Assembly: GCA_043228905.1 (NCBI GenBank)
Contig: JBHGNT010000054.1
Location: 62,001 to 126,000, forward strand
Length of the DNA: 64,000 nucleotides
Direction: 5' to 3'
Source: Azolla caroliniana
Taxonomy: Eukaryota; Plantae; Polypodiophyta
The notes below the pieces were generated by a model. It had not been told where the DNA came from, made no database searches, and saw only the letters and a list, made by a program, of their open reading frames with translations. Positions 28,894 through 44,300 of the stretch are shown here, piece by piece. Position 1 is the first letter of the stretch; the number at the start of each line of letters is the position of its first letter. The translations under genes were made by a program, and so were the position numbers.

Positions 28894-30986
28894 AATGTGC
28901 ATAGATGGCTCGTGTGATATCGAATTTTGGTGTTTAAACATGCAAATCGAAGGTAACGAAACTAGCCATGATATTGAATTAAAAAATCAAGATTTTGCAA
29001 CTCAGGTCGAGAGACATGAAGAAAAAAGCAATTTTGAGGAAGGCGTAGACAAGAGCGCCTCACTGACTGAAAATGTTCATAGATGGCTTGTGTGATATCG
29101 GATTTTGGTGTTTAAACATGCGAATCGAAGGTAACGAATATAGCCACGACATGGAATTGAAAAATCAAGATTTTGAAACTCAAGTCGAGAGACATGAAGA
29201 AAAAAGCAATTTTGAGGAAGGCGTAGACAAGACCGCCTCACTGACTGAAAATGTTCATAGATGGCTCGTGTGATATCGGATTTTGGTGTTTAAACATGAA
29301 AATCGAAGGTAACGAATATAGCCATGATATGGAATTGAAAAATCAAGATTTAAAAACTCTGGTCGAGACACATAAAGAAAAAAGCAATTTTGAGGAAGGC
29401 GTAGACAAGAGCGCCTAACTGACTGAAAATGTTCCTACATGGCTTGTGTGATATCCGATTTTGGTGTTTAAACATGCGAATCGAAGGTAACGAATATAGC
29501 CATGATATGGAATTGAAAAATCAAGATTTAAAAACTCAGGTCGAGAGACATAAAGAAAAAAGCAATTTTGAGGAAGGCGTAGACAAGAGCGCCTCACTGA
29601 CTGAAAATGTTCCTAAATGGCTTGTATGATATCGGATTTTGGTGTTTAAACCTGCGAATCGAAGGTAACGAATATAGCCATGATATGGAATTGAAAAATC
29701 AAGATTTAAAAACTCTGGTCGAGAGACATAAAGAAAAAAGCAATTTTGAGGAAGGCGTAGACAAGAGCGCCTCACTGACTGAAAATGTTCCTAGATGGCT
29801 TCTGTGATATCGGATTTTGGTGTTTAAACCTGCGAATCGAAGGTAACGAATATAGCCATGATATGGAATTGAAAAATCAAGATTTAAAAACTCTGGTCGA
29901 GAGACATAAAGAAAAAAGCAATTTTGAGGAAGGCGTAGACAAGAGCGCCTCACTGACTGAAAATGTTCCTAGATGGCTTGTGTGATATCGGATTTTGGTG
30001 TTTAAACCTGTGAATCGAAGGTAACGAATATAGCCATGATATGGAATTGAAAAATCAAGATTTAAAAACTCAAGTCGAGAGACATGAAGAAAAAAGCAAT
30101 TTTGAGGAAGGCGTAGACAAGAGCGCCTCAATGAATGAAAATGTTCATAGATTCCTCGTGTGATATCGGATTTTGGTGTTTAAACATGCGAATCGAAGGT
30201 AACGAATATAGCCATGATATGGAATTGAAAAATCACGATTTAAAAACTCAGGCCCAGAGACATAAAGTGAAAAGCAAATTTAAGGAAGGTGTCGACAAGA
30301 GCGCCACAATGAATGAAAACGCTCATAGATTGCTCGTGTGATATCGGATTTTGGTGTTTAAACATGCGAATCGAAGGTAACGAATATAGCCATGATATGG
30401 AATTGAAAAATCAAGATTTAAAAACTATGGTCGAGAGACATGAAGTGCAAAGAAAATTTAAGGAAGGCATAGACAAGAGCGCCTCAATGGATGAAAATGT
30501 TCATAGATTCCTCGTGTGATATCGTATTTTGGTGTTTAAACATGCGAATCGAAGGTAACGAATATAGCCATGATATGGAATTAAAAAATAAAGATTTTGA
30601 AACTCAGGTCGAGAGACATGAAGAAAAAAGCAATTTTGAGGAAGGCGTCGACAAGAGCGCCACAATGAATGAAAATGTTCATAGATTCCTCGTGTGATAT
30701 CGGATTTTGGTGTTTAAACATGCCAATCAAAGGTAACGAATATAGCCATGATATGGAATTGAAAAAATCAAGATTTAAAAACTCAGGTCGAGAGACATAA
30801 AGTAAAAAGCAAATTTAAGGAAGGTGTCGACAAGAGCGCCACAATAAATGAAAATGCTCATAGATTGCTCGTGTGATATCGGATTTTGGTGTTTAAACAT
30901 GCGAATCGAAGGTAACGAATCTAGCCATGATATGGAATTAAAAAATCAAGATTTTCAAACTCAAGTCGAGAGACATGAAGGAAAAA

Positions 30987-30992
30987 GCAAAT
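30987..30992. other. Junction of 92-bp deletion (type A truncated monomer); also at 34547-34552, 39530-39535, 48375-48380
   Basis: gaaggaaaaa-gcaaat-cgaaggtaac joins monomer offset 133 to offset 47 of the next unit. Anchor spacing 34414 to 34678 = 264 = 356-92. Confidence 0.92.
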
Positions 30993-32360
30993 CGAAGGTA
31001 ACGAATATAGCCATGATATGGAATTGAAAAATCAAGATTTAAAAACTCTGGTCGAGAGACATAAAGAACAAAAGCAATTTTGAGGAAGGCGTAGACAAGA
31101 GCGCCTAACTGACTGAAAATGTTCCTACATGGCTTGTGTGATATCGGATTTTGGTGTTTAAACATGCGAATCGAAGGTAACGAAACTAGCCATGATATCG
31201 AATTAAAAAATCAAGATTTTGCAACTCAGGTCGAGAGACATGAAGAAAAAAGCAATTTTGAGGAAGGCGTAGACAAGAGCGCCTCACTGACTGAAAATGT
31301 TCATAGATGGCTTGTGTGATATTGGATTTTGGTGTTTAAACATGCAATCGAAGGTAACGAATATAGCCACGACATGGAATTGAAAAATCAAGATTTTGAA
31401 ACTCAAGTCGAGAGACATGAAGAAAAAAGCAATTTTGAGGAAGGCGTAGACAAGACCGCCTCACTGACTGAAAATGTTCATAGATGGCTCGTGTGATATC
31501 GGATTTTGGTGTTTAAACATGAAAATCGAAGGTAACGAATATAGCCATGATATGGAATTGAAAAATCAAGATTTAAAAACTCTGGTCGAGAGACATAAAG
31601 AAAAAAGCAATTTTGAGGAAGGCGTAGACAAGAGCGCCTGACTGACTGAAAATGTTCCTACATGGCTTGTGTGATATCGGATTTTGGTGTTTAAACATGC
31701 GAATCGAAGGTAACGAATATAGCCATGATATGGAATTGAAAAATCAAGATTTAAAAACTCAGGTCGAGAGACATAAAGAAAAAAGCAATTTTAAGGAAGG
31801 TGTCGACAAGAGCGCCACAATGAATGAAAATGCTCATAGATTGCTCGTGTGATATCGGATTTTGGTGTTTAAACATGCGAATCGAAGGTAACGAATCTAG
31901 CCATGATATGGAATTAAAAAATAAAGAATTTGATACTCATATCGAGAGACATGAAGAAAAAAGCAATTTTGAGGTAGGCGTAGACAAGAGCGCCTCACTA
32001 ACTAAAAATGTTCATAGATGGCTCGTGTGATATTGGATTTTGGTGTTTAAACATGCAAATCGAAGGTAACGAAACTAGCCATGATATCGAATTAAAAAAT
32101 CAAGATTTTGCAACTCAGGTCGAGAGACATGAAGAAAAAAGCAATTTTGAGGAAGGCATAGACAAGAGCGCCTCACTGACTTAAAATGTTCCTAGATGGC
32201 TTGTGTGATATCGGATTTTGGTGTTTAAACATGCGAATCGAAGGTAACGAATATAGCCATGATATGGAATTGAAAAATCAAGATTTAAAAACTCTGGTCG
32301 AGAGACATGAAGTGAAAAGCAAATTTAAGGAAGGCGTAGACAAGAGCGCCTCAATGGATG

Positions 32361-35300
32361 AAAATGTTAATAGATTCCTCGTGTGATATCGGATTTTGGT
32401 GTTTAAACATGCGAATCGAAGGTAACGAAACTAGCCATGATATGGAATTAAAAAATCAAGATTTTGAAACTCAAGTCGAGAGACATGAAGGAAAAAGCCA
32501 TTTTGAGGAAGGCGTAGACAAGAGCGCCATGATATGGAATTGAAAAATCAATATTTTGAAACTCAAGTCGAGAGACATGAAGAGAAAAGCAAATTTGAGG
32601 AAGGCGTAGACAAGAGCGCCTCAATGAATGAAAATGTTCATAGAATCCTCGTGTGATATCGGATTTAGGTTTTTAAACATGCGAATCGAAGGTAACGAAA
32701 CTAGCCATGATATGGAATTAAAATATCAAGATTTTGAAACTCAGGTCGAGAGAAGTGAAGAAAAAAGCAATTTTGAGGAAGGCGTAGACAAGTGCGCCTC
32801 ACTGACTGAAAATGTTCATAGATGGCTCGTGTGATATCGGGTTTTGGTGTTTAAACATGCGAATTGAAGGTAACGAATATAGCCATGATATGGAATTGAA
32901 AAATCAAGATTTAAAAACTCAGGTCGAGAGACATAAAGTAAAAAGGAAATTTAAGGAAGGCGTCGACAAGAGCGCCTCAATGGATGAAAAGGTTCATAGA
33001 TTCCTCGTGTGATATCGGATTTTGGTGTTTAAACATGCGAATCGAAGGTAACGAATCTAGCCATGATATGGAATTAAAAAATAAAGAATTTGATACTCAT
33101 ATCGAGAGACATGAAGAAAAAAGCAATTTTGAGGTAGGCGTAGACAAGAGCGCCTCACTGACTAAAAATGTTCATAGATGGCTCGTGTGATATCGAATTT
33201 TGGTGTTTAAACATGCAAATCGAAGGTAACGAAACTAGCCATGATATCGAATTAAAAAATCAAGATTTTGCAACTCAGGTCGAGAGACATGAAGAAAAAA
33301 GCAATTTTGAGGAAGGCGTAGACAAGAGCGCCTCACTGACTGAAAATGTTCATAGATGGCTTGTGTGATATCGGATTTTGGTGTTTAAACATGCGAATCG
33401 AAGGTAACGAATAAAGCCATGATATGGAATTGAAAAATAAAGATTTAAAAACTCAGGTCGAGAGACATAAAGAAAAAAGCAATTTTGAGGAAGGCGTAGA
33501 CAAGAGCGCCTCACTGACTGAAAATGTTCATAGATGGCTTGTGTGATATCGGATTTTGGTGTTTAAACATGCGAATCGAAGGTAACGAAACTAGCCATGA
33601 TATGGAATTGAAAAATGAAGATTTAAAAACTCAGGTCCAGAGACATGAAGTAAAAAGCAAATTTAAGGAAGCCGTCGACAAGAGCGCCACAATGAATGAA
33701 AATGTTAATAGATTCCTCGTGTAATATCGGATTTTGGTGTTTAAACATGCGAATCGAAGGTAACGAAACTAGCCATGATATGGAATTAAAAAATCAAGAT
33801 TTTGAAACTCAAGTCGAGAGACATGAAGGAAAAAGCAAATTTGAGGAAGGCGTAGACAAGAGCGCCTCACTTACTAAAAATGTTCATAGATGGCTCGTGT
33901 GATATCGGATTTTGGTGTTTAAACATGCGAATCGAAGGTAACGAATCTAGCCATGATATGGAATTAAAAAATCAAGATTTTGAAACTCAAGTCAAGATAC
34001 ATGACGAAAACAACAATTTCGAGGAAGGCGTAGACAAGAGCGCCTCACTGACTGAAAATGTTCCTAGATGGCTTGTGTGATATCGGATTCTGGTGTTTAA
34101 ACATGCGAATCGAAGGTAACGAATATAGCCATGATATGGAATTGAAAAATCAAGATTTAAAAACTCAGGTCCAGAGACATGAAGTAAAAAGCAAATTTAA
34201 GGAAGCCGTCGACAAGAGCGCCACAATGAATGAAAATGTTAATAGATTCCTCGTGTGATATCGGATTTTGGTGTTTAAACATGCGAATCGAAGGTAACGA
34301 AACTAGCCATGATATGGAATTAAAAAATCAAGATTTTGAAACTCAAGTCGAGAGACATGAAGGAAAAAGCCATTTTGAGGAAGGCGTAGACAAGAGCGCC
34401 TGACTGACTTAAAATGTTCCTAGATGGCTTGTGTGATATCAGATTTTGGTGTTTAAACATGCGAATCGAAGGTAACGAATATAGCCATGATATGGAATTA
34501 AAAAATCAAGATTTTCAAACTCAAGTCGAGAGACATGAAGGAAAAAGCAAATCGAAGGTAACGAATATAGCCATGATATGGAATTGAAAAATCAAGATTT
34601 AAAAACTCTGGTCGAGAGACATAAAGAAAAAAGCAATTTTGAGGAAGGCGTAGACAAGAGCGCCTAACTGACTGAAAATGTTCCTACATGGCTTGTGTGA
34701 TATTGGATTTTGGTGTTTAAACATGCGAATCGAAGGTAACGAAACTAGCCATGATATCGAATTAAAAAATCAAGATTTTGCAACTCAGGTCGAGAGACAT
34801 GAAGAAAAAAGCAATTTTGAGGAAGGCGTAGACAAGAGCGCCTCACTGACTGAAAATGTTCATAGATGGCTTGTGTGATATCGGATTTTGGTGTTTAAAC
34901 ATGCAATCGAAGGTAACGAATATAGCCACGACATGGAATTGAAAAATCAAGATTTTGAAACTCAAGTCGAGAGACATGAAGAAAAAAGCAATTTTGAGGA
35001 AGGCGTAGACAAGACCGCCTCACTGACTGAAAATGTTCATAGATGGCTCGTGTGATATCGGATTTTGGTGTTTAAACATGAAAATCGAAGGTAACGAATA
35101 TAGCCATGATATGGAATTGAAAAATCAAGATTTAAAAACTCTGGTCGAGAGACATAAAGAAAAAAGCAATTTTGAGGAAGGCGTAGACAAGAGCGCCTAA
35201 CTGACTGAAAATGTTCCTACATGGCTTTCGTGATATCGGATTTTGGTGTTTAAACATGCGAATCGAAGGTAACGAATATAGCCATGATATGGAATTGAAA

Positions 35301-38300
35301 AATCAAGATTTAAAAACTCAGGTCGAGAGACATAAAGAAAAAAGCAATTTTAAGGAAGGTGTCGACAAGAGCGCCACAATGAATGAAAATGCTCATAGAT
35401 TGCTCGTGTGATATCGGATTTTGGTGTTTAAACATACGAATCGAAGGTAACGAATCTAGCCATGATATGGAATTAAAAAATCAAGATTTTCAAACTCAAG
35501 TCGAGAGACATGAAGGAAAAAGCAAATTTGAGGAAGGCGTAGACAAGAGCGCCTCACTTACTAAAAATGTTCATAGATGGCTCGTGTGATATCGGATTTT
35601 GGTGTTTAAACATGCGAATCGAAGGTAACGAATCTAGCCATGATATGGAATTAAAAAATAAAGAATTTGATACTCATATCGAGAGACATGAAGAAAAAAG
35701 CAATTTTGAGGTAGGCGTAGACAAGAGCGCCTCACTGACTAAAAATGTTCATAGATGGCTCGTGTGATATTGGATTTTGGTGTTTAAACATGCAAATCGA
35801 AGGTAACGAAACTAGCCATGATATGGAATTAAAAAATCAAGGTTTTGAAACTCAGGTCGAGAGACATGAAGAAAAAAGCAATTTTGAGGAAGGCATAGAC
35901 AAGAGCGCCTCACTGACTTAAAATGTTCCTAGATGGCTTGTGTGATATCGGATTTTGGTGTTTAAACATGCGAATCGAAGGTAACGAATATATCCATGAT
36001 ATGGAATTGAAAAATCAAGATTTAAAAACTCAGGTCCAGAGACATGAAGTAAAAAGCAAATTTAAGGAAGCCGTCGACAAGAGCGCCACAATGAATGAAA
36101 ATGTTAATAGATTCCTCGTGTGATATCGGATTTTGGTGTTTAAACATGCGAATCGAAGGTAACGAAACTAGCCATGATATCGAATTAAAAAATCAAGATT
36201 TTGAAACTCAAGTCGAGAGACATGAAGGAAAAAGCCATTTTGAGGAAGGCGTAGACAAGAGCGCCTCAATGAATGAAAATGTTCATAGATTCCTCGTGTG
36301 ATATCGGATTTTGGTGTTTAAACATGCGAATCGAAGGTAACGAATCTAGCCATGATATGGAATTAAAAAATAAAGATTTTGATACTCATATCGAGAGACA
36401 TGAAGAAAAAAGCAATTTTGAGGAAGGCGTAGACAAGAGCGCCTCACTGACTGAATATGTTCATAGATGGCTCGTGTGATATCGGATTTTTGTGTTGAAA
36501 CATGCGAATCGAAGGTAACGAATATAGCCATGATATGGAATTGAAAAATCAAGATTTAAAAACTCTGGTCGAGAGACATAAAGAAAAAAGCAATTTTGAG
36601 GGAGGCGTAGACAAGAGCGCCTCACTGACTGAAAATGTTCATAGATGGCTTGTGTGATATCGGATTTTGGTGTTTAAACCTGCGAATCGAAGGTAACGAA
36701 TATAGCCATGATATGGAATTGAAAAATCAAGATTTAAAAACTCAGGTCCAGAGACATGAAGTAAAAAGCAAATTTAAGGAAGCCGTCGACAAGAGCGCCA
36801 CAATGAATGAAAATGTTAATAGATTCCTCGTGTGATATCGGATTTTGGTGTTTAAACATGCGAATCGAAGGTAACGAAACTAGCCATGATATGGAATTAA
36901 AAAATCAAGATTTTGAAACTCAAGTCGAGAGACATGAAGAAAAAAGCCATTTTGAGGAAGGCGTAGACAAGAGCGCCTCACTGACTTAAAATGTTCCTAG
37001 ATGGCTTGTGTGATATCAGATTTTGGTGTTTAAACATGCGAATCGAAGGTAACGAATATAGCCATGATATGGAATTGAAAAATCAAGATTTAAAAACTCT
37101 GGTCAAGAGACATAAAGAAAAAAGAAATTTTGAGGAAGGCGTAGACAAGAGCGCCTCACTGACTGAAAATGTTCCTAGTTGGCTTGTGTGATATCGGATT
37201 TTGGTGTTTAAACCTGCGAATCGAAGGTAACGAAACTAGCGATGATATGGAATTGAAAAATCAAGATTTAAAAACTCAGGTCCAGAGACATGAAGTAAAA
37301 ATCAAATTTAAGGAAGCCGTCGACAAGAGCGCCACAATGAATGAAAATGTTAATAGATTCCTCGTGTGATATCGGATTTTGGTGTTTAAACATGCGAATC
37401 GAAGGTAACGAAACTAGCCATGATATGGAATTAAAAAATCAAGATTTTGAAACTCAAGTCGAGAGACATGAAGGAAAAAGCCATTTTGAGGAAGGCGTAG
37501 ACAAGAGCGCCATGATATGGAATTGAAAAATCAATATTTTGAAACTCAAGTCGAGAGACATGAAGAGAAAAGCAAATTTGAGGAAGGCGTAGACAAGAGC
37601 GCCTCAATGAATGAAAATGTTCATAGAATCCTCGTGTGATATCGGATTTAGGTTTTTAAACATGCGAATCGAAGGTAACGAAACTAGCCATGATATGGAA
37701 TTAAAATATCAAGATTTTGAAACTCAGGTCGAGAGAAGTGAAGAAAAAAGCAATTTTGAGGAAGGCGTAGACAAGTGCGCCTCACTGACTGAAAATGTTC
37801 ATAGATGGCTCGTGTGATATCGGGTTTTGGTGTTTAAACATGCGAATTGAAGGTTACGAATATAGCCATGATATGGAATTGAAAAATCAAGATTTAAAAA
37901 CTCAGGTCGAGAGACATAAAGTAAAAAGGAAATTTAAGGAAGGCGTCGACAAGAGCGCCTCAATGGATGAAAAGGTTCATAGATTCCTCGTGTGATATCG
38001 GATTTTGGTGTTTAAACATGCGAATCGAAGGTAACGAATCTAGCCATGATATGGAATTAAAAAATAAAGAATTTGATACTCATATCGAGAGACATGAAGA
38101 AAAAAGCAATTTTGAGGTAGGCGTAGACAAGAGCGCCTCACTGACTAAAAATGTTCATAGATGGCTCGTGTGATATCGAATTTTGGTGTTTAAACATGCA
38201 AATCGAAGGTAACGAAACTAGCCATGATATCGAATTAAAAAATCAAGATTTTGCAACTCAGGTCGAGAGACATGAAGAAAAAAGCAATTTTGAGGAAGGC

Positions 38301-41300
38301 GTAGACAAGAGCGCCTCACTGACTGAAAATGTTCATAGATGGCTTGTGTGATATCGGATTTTGGTGTTTAAACATGCGAATCGAAGGTAACGAATAAAGC
38401 CATGATATGGAATTGAAAAATAAAGATTTAAAAACTCAGGTCGAGAGACATAAAGAAAAAAGCAATTTTGAGGAAGGCGTAGACAAGAGCGCCTCACTGA
38501 CTGAAAATGTTCATAGATGGCTTGTGTGATATCGGATTTTGGTGTTTAAACATGCGAATCGAAGGTAACGAAACTAGCCATGATATGGAATTGAAAAATG
38601 AAGATTTAAAAACTCAGGTCCAGAGACATGAAGTAAAAAGCAAATTTAAGGACGCCGTCGACAAGAGCGCCACAATGAATGAAAATGTTAATAGATTCCT
38701 CGTGTGATATCGGATTTTGGTGTTTAAACATGCGAATCAAAGGTAACGAAACTAGCCATGATATGGAATTAAAAAATCAAGATTTTGAAACTCAAGTCGA
38801 GAGACATGAAGGAAAAAGCAAATTTGAGGAAGGCGTAGACAAGAGCGCCTCACTTACTAAAAATGTTCATAGATGGCTCGTGTGATATCGGATTTTGGTG
38901 TTTAAACATGCGAATCGAAGGTAACGAATCTAGCCATGATATGGAATTAAAAAATCAAGATTTTGAAACTTAAGTCAAGATACATGACGAAAACAACAAT
39001 TTCGAGGAAGGCGTAGACAAGAGCGCCTCACTGACTGAAAATGTTCCTAGATGGCTTGTGTGATATCGGATTCTGGTGTTTAAACATGCGAATCGAAGGT
39101 AACGAATATAGCCATGATATGGAATTGAAAAATCAAGATTTAAAAACTCAGGTCCAGAGACATGAAGTAAAAAGCAAATTTAAGGAAGCCGTCGACAAGA
39201 GCGCCACAATGAATGAAAATGTTAATAGATTCCTCGTGTGATATCGGATTTTGGTGTTTAAACATGCGAATCGAAGGTAACGAAACTAGCCATGATATGG
39301 AATTAAAAAATCAAGATTTTGAAACTCAAGTCGAGAGACATGAAGGAAAAAGCCATTTTGAGGAAGGCGTAGACAAGAGCGCCTCACTGACTTAAAATGT
39401 TCCTAGATGGCTTGTGTGATATCAGATTTTGGTGTTTAAACATGCGAATCGAAGGTAACGAATATAGCCATGATATGGAATTAAAAAATCAAGATTTTCA
39501 AACTCAAGTCGAGAGACATGAAGGAAAAAGCAAATCGAAGGTAACGAATATAGCCATGATATGGAATTGAAAAATCAAGATTTAAAAACTCTGGTCGAGA
39601 GACATAAAGAACAAAAGCAATTTTGAGGAAGGCGTAGACAAGAGCGCCTAACTGACTGAAAATGTTCCTACATGGCTTGTGTGATATCGGATTTTGGTGT
39701 TTAAACATGCGAATCGAAGGTAACGAAACTAGCCATGATATCGAATTAAAAAATCAAGATTTTGCAACTCAGGTCGAGAGACATGAAGAAAAAAGCAATT
39801 TTGAGGAAGGCGTAGACAAGAGCGCCTCACTGACTGAAAATGTTCATAGATGGCTTGTGTGATATCGGATTTTGGTGTTTAAACATGCAATCGAAGGTAA
39901 CGAATATAGCCACGACATGGAATTGAAAAATCAAGATTTTGAAACTCAAGTCGAGAGACATGAAGAAAAAAGCAATTTTGAGGAAGGCGTAGACAAGACC
40001 GCCTCACTGACTGAAAATGTTCATAGATGGCTCGTGTGATATCGGATTTTGGTGTTTAAACATGAAAATCGAAGGTAACGAATATAGCCATGATATGGAA
40101 TTGAAAAATCAAGATTTAAAAACTCTGGTCGAGAGACATAAAGAAAAAAGCAATTTTGAGGAAGGCGTAGACAAGAGCGCCTAACTGACTGAAAATGTTC
40201 CTACATGGCTTGTGTGATATCGGATTTTGGTGTTTAAACATGCGAATCGAAGGTAACGAATATAGCCATGATATGGAATTGAAAAATCAAGATTTAAAAA
40301 CTCAGGTCGAGAGACATAAAGAAAAAAGCAATTTTAAGGAAGGTGTCGACAAGAGCGCCACAATGAATGAAAATGCTCATAGATTGCTCGTGTGATATCG
40401 GATTTTGGTGTTTAAACATGCGAATCGAAGGTAACGAATCTAGCCATGATATGGAATTAAAAAATCAAGATTTTCAAACTCAAGTCGAGAGACATGAAGG
40501 AAAAAGCAAATTTGAGGAAGGCGTAGACAAGAGCGCCTCACTTACTAAAAATGTTCATAGATGGCTCGTGTGATATCGGATTTTGGTGTTTAAACATGCG
40601 AATCGAAGGTAACGAATCTAGCCATGATATGGAATTAAAAAATAAAGAATTTGATACTCATATCGAGAGACATGAAGAAAAAAGCAATTTTGAGGTAGGC
40701 GTAGACAAGAGCGCCTCACTGACTAAAAATGTTCATAGATGGCTCGTGTGATATTGGATTTTGGTGTTTAAACATGCAAATCGAAGGTAACGAAACTAGC
40801 CATGATATCGAATTAAAAAATCAAGATTTTGCAACTCAGGTCGAGAGACATGAAGAAAAAAGCAATTTTGAGGAAGGCATAGACAAGAGCGCCTCACTGA
40901 CTTAAAATGTTCCTAGATGGCTTGTGTGATATCGGATTTTGGTGTTTAAACATGCGAATCGAAGGTAACGAATATAGCCATGATATGGAATTGAAAAATC
41001 AAGATTTAAAAACTCTGGTCGAGAGACATGAAGTGAAAAGCAAATTTAAGGAAGGCGTAGACAAGAGCGCCTCAATGGATGAAAATGTTAATAGATTCCT
41101 CGTGTGATATCGGATTTTGGTGTTTAAACATGCGAATCGAAGGTAACGAAACTAGCCATGATATCGAATTAAAAAATCAAGATTTTGAAACTCAAGTCGA
41201 GAGACATGAAGGAAAAAGCCATTTTGAGGAAGGCGTAGACAAGAGCGCCTCAATGAATGAAAATGTTCATAGATTCCTCGTGTGATATCGGATTTTGGTG

Positions 41301-44300
41301 TTTAAACATGCGAATCGAAGGTAACGAATCTAGCCATGATATGGAATTAAAAAATAAAGATTTTGATACTCATATCGAGAGACATGAAGAAAAAAGCAAT
41401 TTTGAGGAAGGCGTAGACAAGAGCGCCTCACTGACTGAATATGTTCATAGATGGCTCGTGTGATATCGGATTTTGGTGTTGAAACATGCGAATCGAAGGT
41501 AACGAATATAGCCATGATATGGAATTGAAAAATCAAGATTTAAAAACTCTGGTCGAGAGACATAAAGAAAAAAGCAATTTTGAGGGAGGCGTAGACAAGA
41601 GCGCCTCACTGACTGAAAATGTTCATAGATGGCTTGTGTGATATCGGATTTTGGTGTTTAAACCTGCGAATCGAAGGTAACGAATATAGCCATGATATGG
41701 AATTGAAAAATCAAGATTTAAAAACTCAGGTCCAGAGACATGAAGTAAAAAGCAAATTTAAGGAAGCCGTCGACAAGAGCGGCACAATGAATGAAAATGT
41801 TAATAGATTCCTCGTGTGATATCGGATTTTGGTGTTTAAACATGCGAATCGAAGGTAACGAAACTAGCCATGATATGGAATTAAAAAATCAAGATTTTGA
41901 AACTCAAGTCGAGAGACATGAAAAAAAAGCCATTTTGAGGAAGGCGTAGACAAGAGCGCCTCACTGACTTAAAATGTTCCTAGATGGCTTGTGTGATATC
42001 AGATTTTGGTGTTTAAACATGCGAATCGAAGGTAACGAATATAGCCATGATATGGAATTGAAAAATCAAGATTTAAAAACTCTGGTCAAGAGACATAAAG
42101 AAAAAAGCAATTTTGAGGAAGGCGTAGACAAGAGCGCCTCACTGACTGAAAATGTTCCTAGTTGGCTTGTGTGATATCGGATTTTGGTGTTTAAACCTGC
42201 GAATCGAAGGTAACGAAACTAGCGATGATATGGAATTGAAAAATCAAGATTTAAAAACTCAGGTCCAGAGACATGAAGTAAAAATCAAATTTAAGGAAGC
42301 CGTCGACAAGAGCGCCACAATGAATGAAAATGTTAATAGATTCCTCGTGTGATATCGGATTTTGGTGTTTAAACATGCGAATCGAAGGTAACGAAACTAG
42401 CCATGATATGGAATTAAAAAATCAAGATTTTGAAACTCAAGGCGAGAGACATGAAGGAAAAAGCCATTTTGAGGAAGGCGTAGACAAGAGCGCCATGATA
42501 TGGAATTGAAAAATCAATATTTTGAAACTCAAGTCGAGAGACATGAAGAGAAAAGCAAATTTGAGGAAGGCGTAGACAAGAGCGCCTCAATGAATGAAAA
42601 TGTTCATAGAATCCTCGTGTGATATCGGATTTAGGTTTTTAAACATGCGAATCGAAGGTAACGAAACTAGCCATGATATGGAATTTAAATATCAAGATTT
42701 TGAAACTCAGGTCGAGAGAAGTGAAGAAAAAAGCAATTTTGAGGAAGGCGTAGACAAGTGCGCCTCACTGACTGAAAATGTTCATAGATGGCTCGTGTGA
42801 TATCGGGTTTTGGTGTTTAAACATGCGAATTGAAGGTAACGAATATAGCCATGATATGGAATTGAAAAATCAAGATTTAAAAACTCAGGTCGAGAGACAT
42901 AAAGTAAAAAGGAAATTTAAGGAAGGCGTCGACAAGAGCCCCTCAATGGATGAAAAGGTTCATAGATTCCTCGTGTGATATCGGATTTTGGTGTTTAAAC
43001 ATGCGAATCGAAGGTAACGAATCTAGCCATGATATGGAATTAAAAAATAAAGAATTTGATGCTCATATCGAGAGACATGAAGAGAAAAGCAATTTTGAGG
43101 TAGGCGTAGACAAGAGCGCCTCACTGACTAAAAATGTTCATAGATGGCTCGTGTGATATCGAATTTTGGTGTTTAAACATGCAAATCGAAGGTAACGAAA
43201 CTAGCCATGATATCGAATTAAAAAATCAAGATTTTGCAACTCAGGTCGAGAGACATGAAGAAAAAAGCAATTTTGAGGAAGGCGTAGACAAGAGCGCCTC
43301 ACTGACTGAAAATGTTCATAGATGGCTTGTGTGATATCGGATTTTGGTGTTTAAACATGCGAATCGAAGGTAACGAATAAAGCCATGATATGGAATTGAA
43401 AAATAAAGATTTAAAAACTCAGGTCGAGAGACATAAAGAAAAAAGCAATTTTGAGGAAGGCGTAGACAAGAGCGCCTCACTGACTGAAAATGTTCATAGA
43501 TGGCTTGTGTGATATCGGATTTTGGTGTTTAAACATGCGAATCGAAGGTAACGAAACTAGCCATGATATGGAATTGAAAAATGAAGATTTAAAAACTCAG
43601 GTCCAGAGACATAAAGTAAAAAGCAAATTTAAGAAAGCCGTCGACAAGAGCGCCACAATGAATGAAAATGTTAATAGATTCCTCGTGTGATATCGGATTT
43701 TGGTGTTTAAACATGCGAATCGAAGGTAACGAAACTAGCCATGATATGGAATTAAAAAATCAAGATTTTGAAACTCAAGTCGAGAGACATGAAGGAAAAA
43801 GCAAATTTGAGGAAGGCGTAGACAAGAGCGCCTCACTTACTAAAAATGTTCATAGATGGCTCGTGTGATATCGGATTTTGGTGTTTAAACATGCGAATCG
43901 AAGGTAACGAATCTAGCCATGATATGGAATTAAAAAATCAAGATTTTGAAACTCAAGTCAAGATACATGACGAAAACAACAATTTCGAGGAAGGCGTAGA
44001 CAAGAGCGCCTCACTGACTGAAAATGTTCCTAGATGGCTTGTGTGATATCGGATTCTGGTGTTTAAACATGCGAATCGAAGGTAACGAATATAGCCATGA
44101 TATGGAATTGAAAAATCAAGATTTAAAAACTCAGGTCCAGAGACATGAAGTAAAAAGCAAATTTAAGGAAGCCGTCGACAAGAGCGCCACAATGAATGAA
44201 AATGTTAATAGATTCCTCGTGTGATATCGGATTTTGGTGTTTAAACATGCGAATCGAAGGTAACGAAACTAGCCATGATATGGAATTAAAAAATCAAGAT

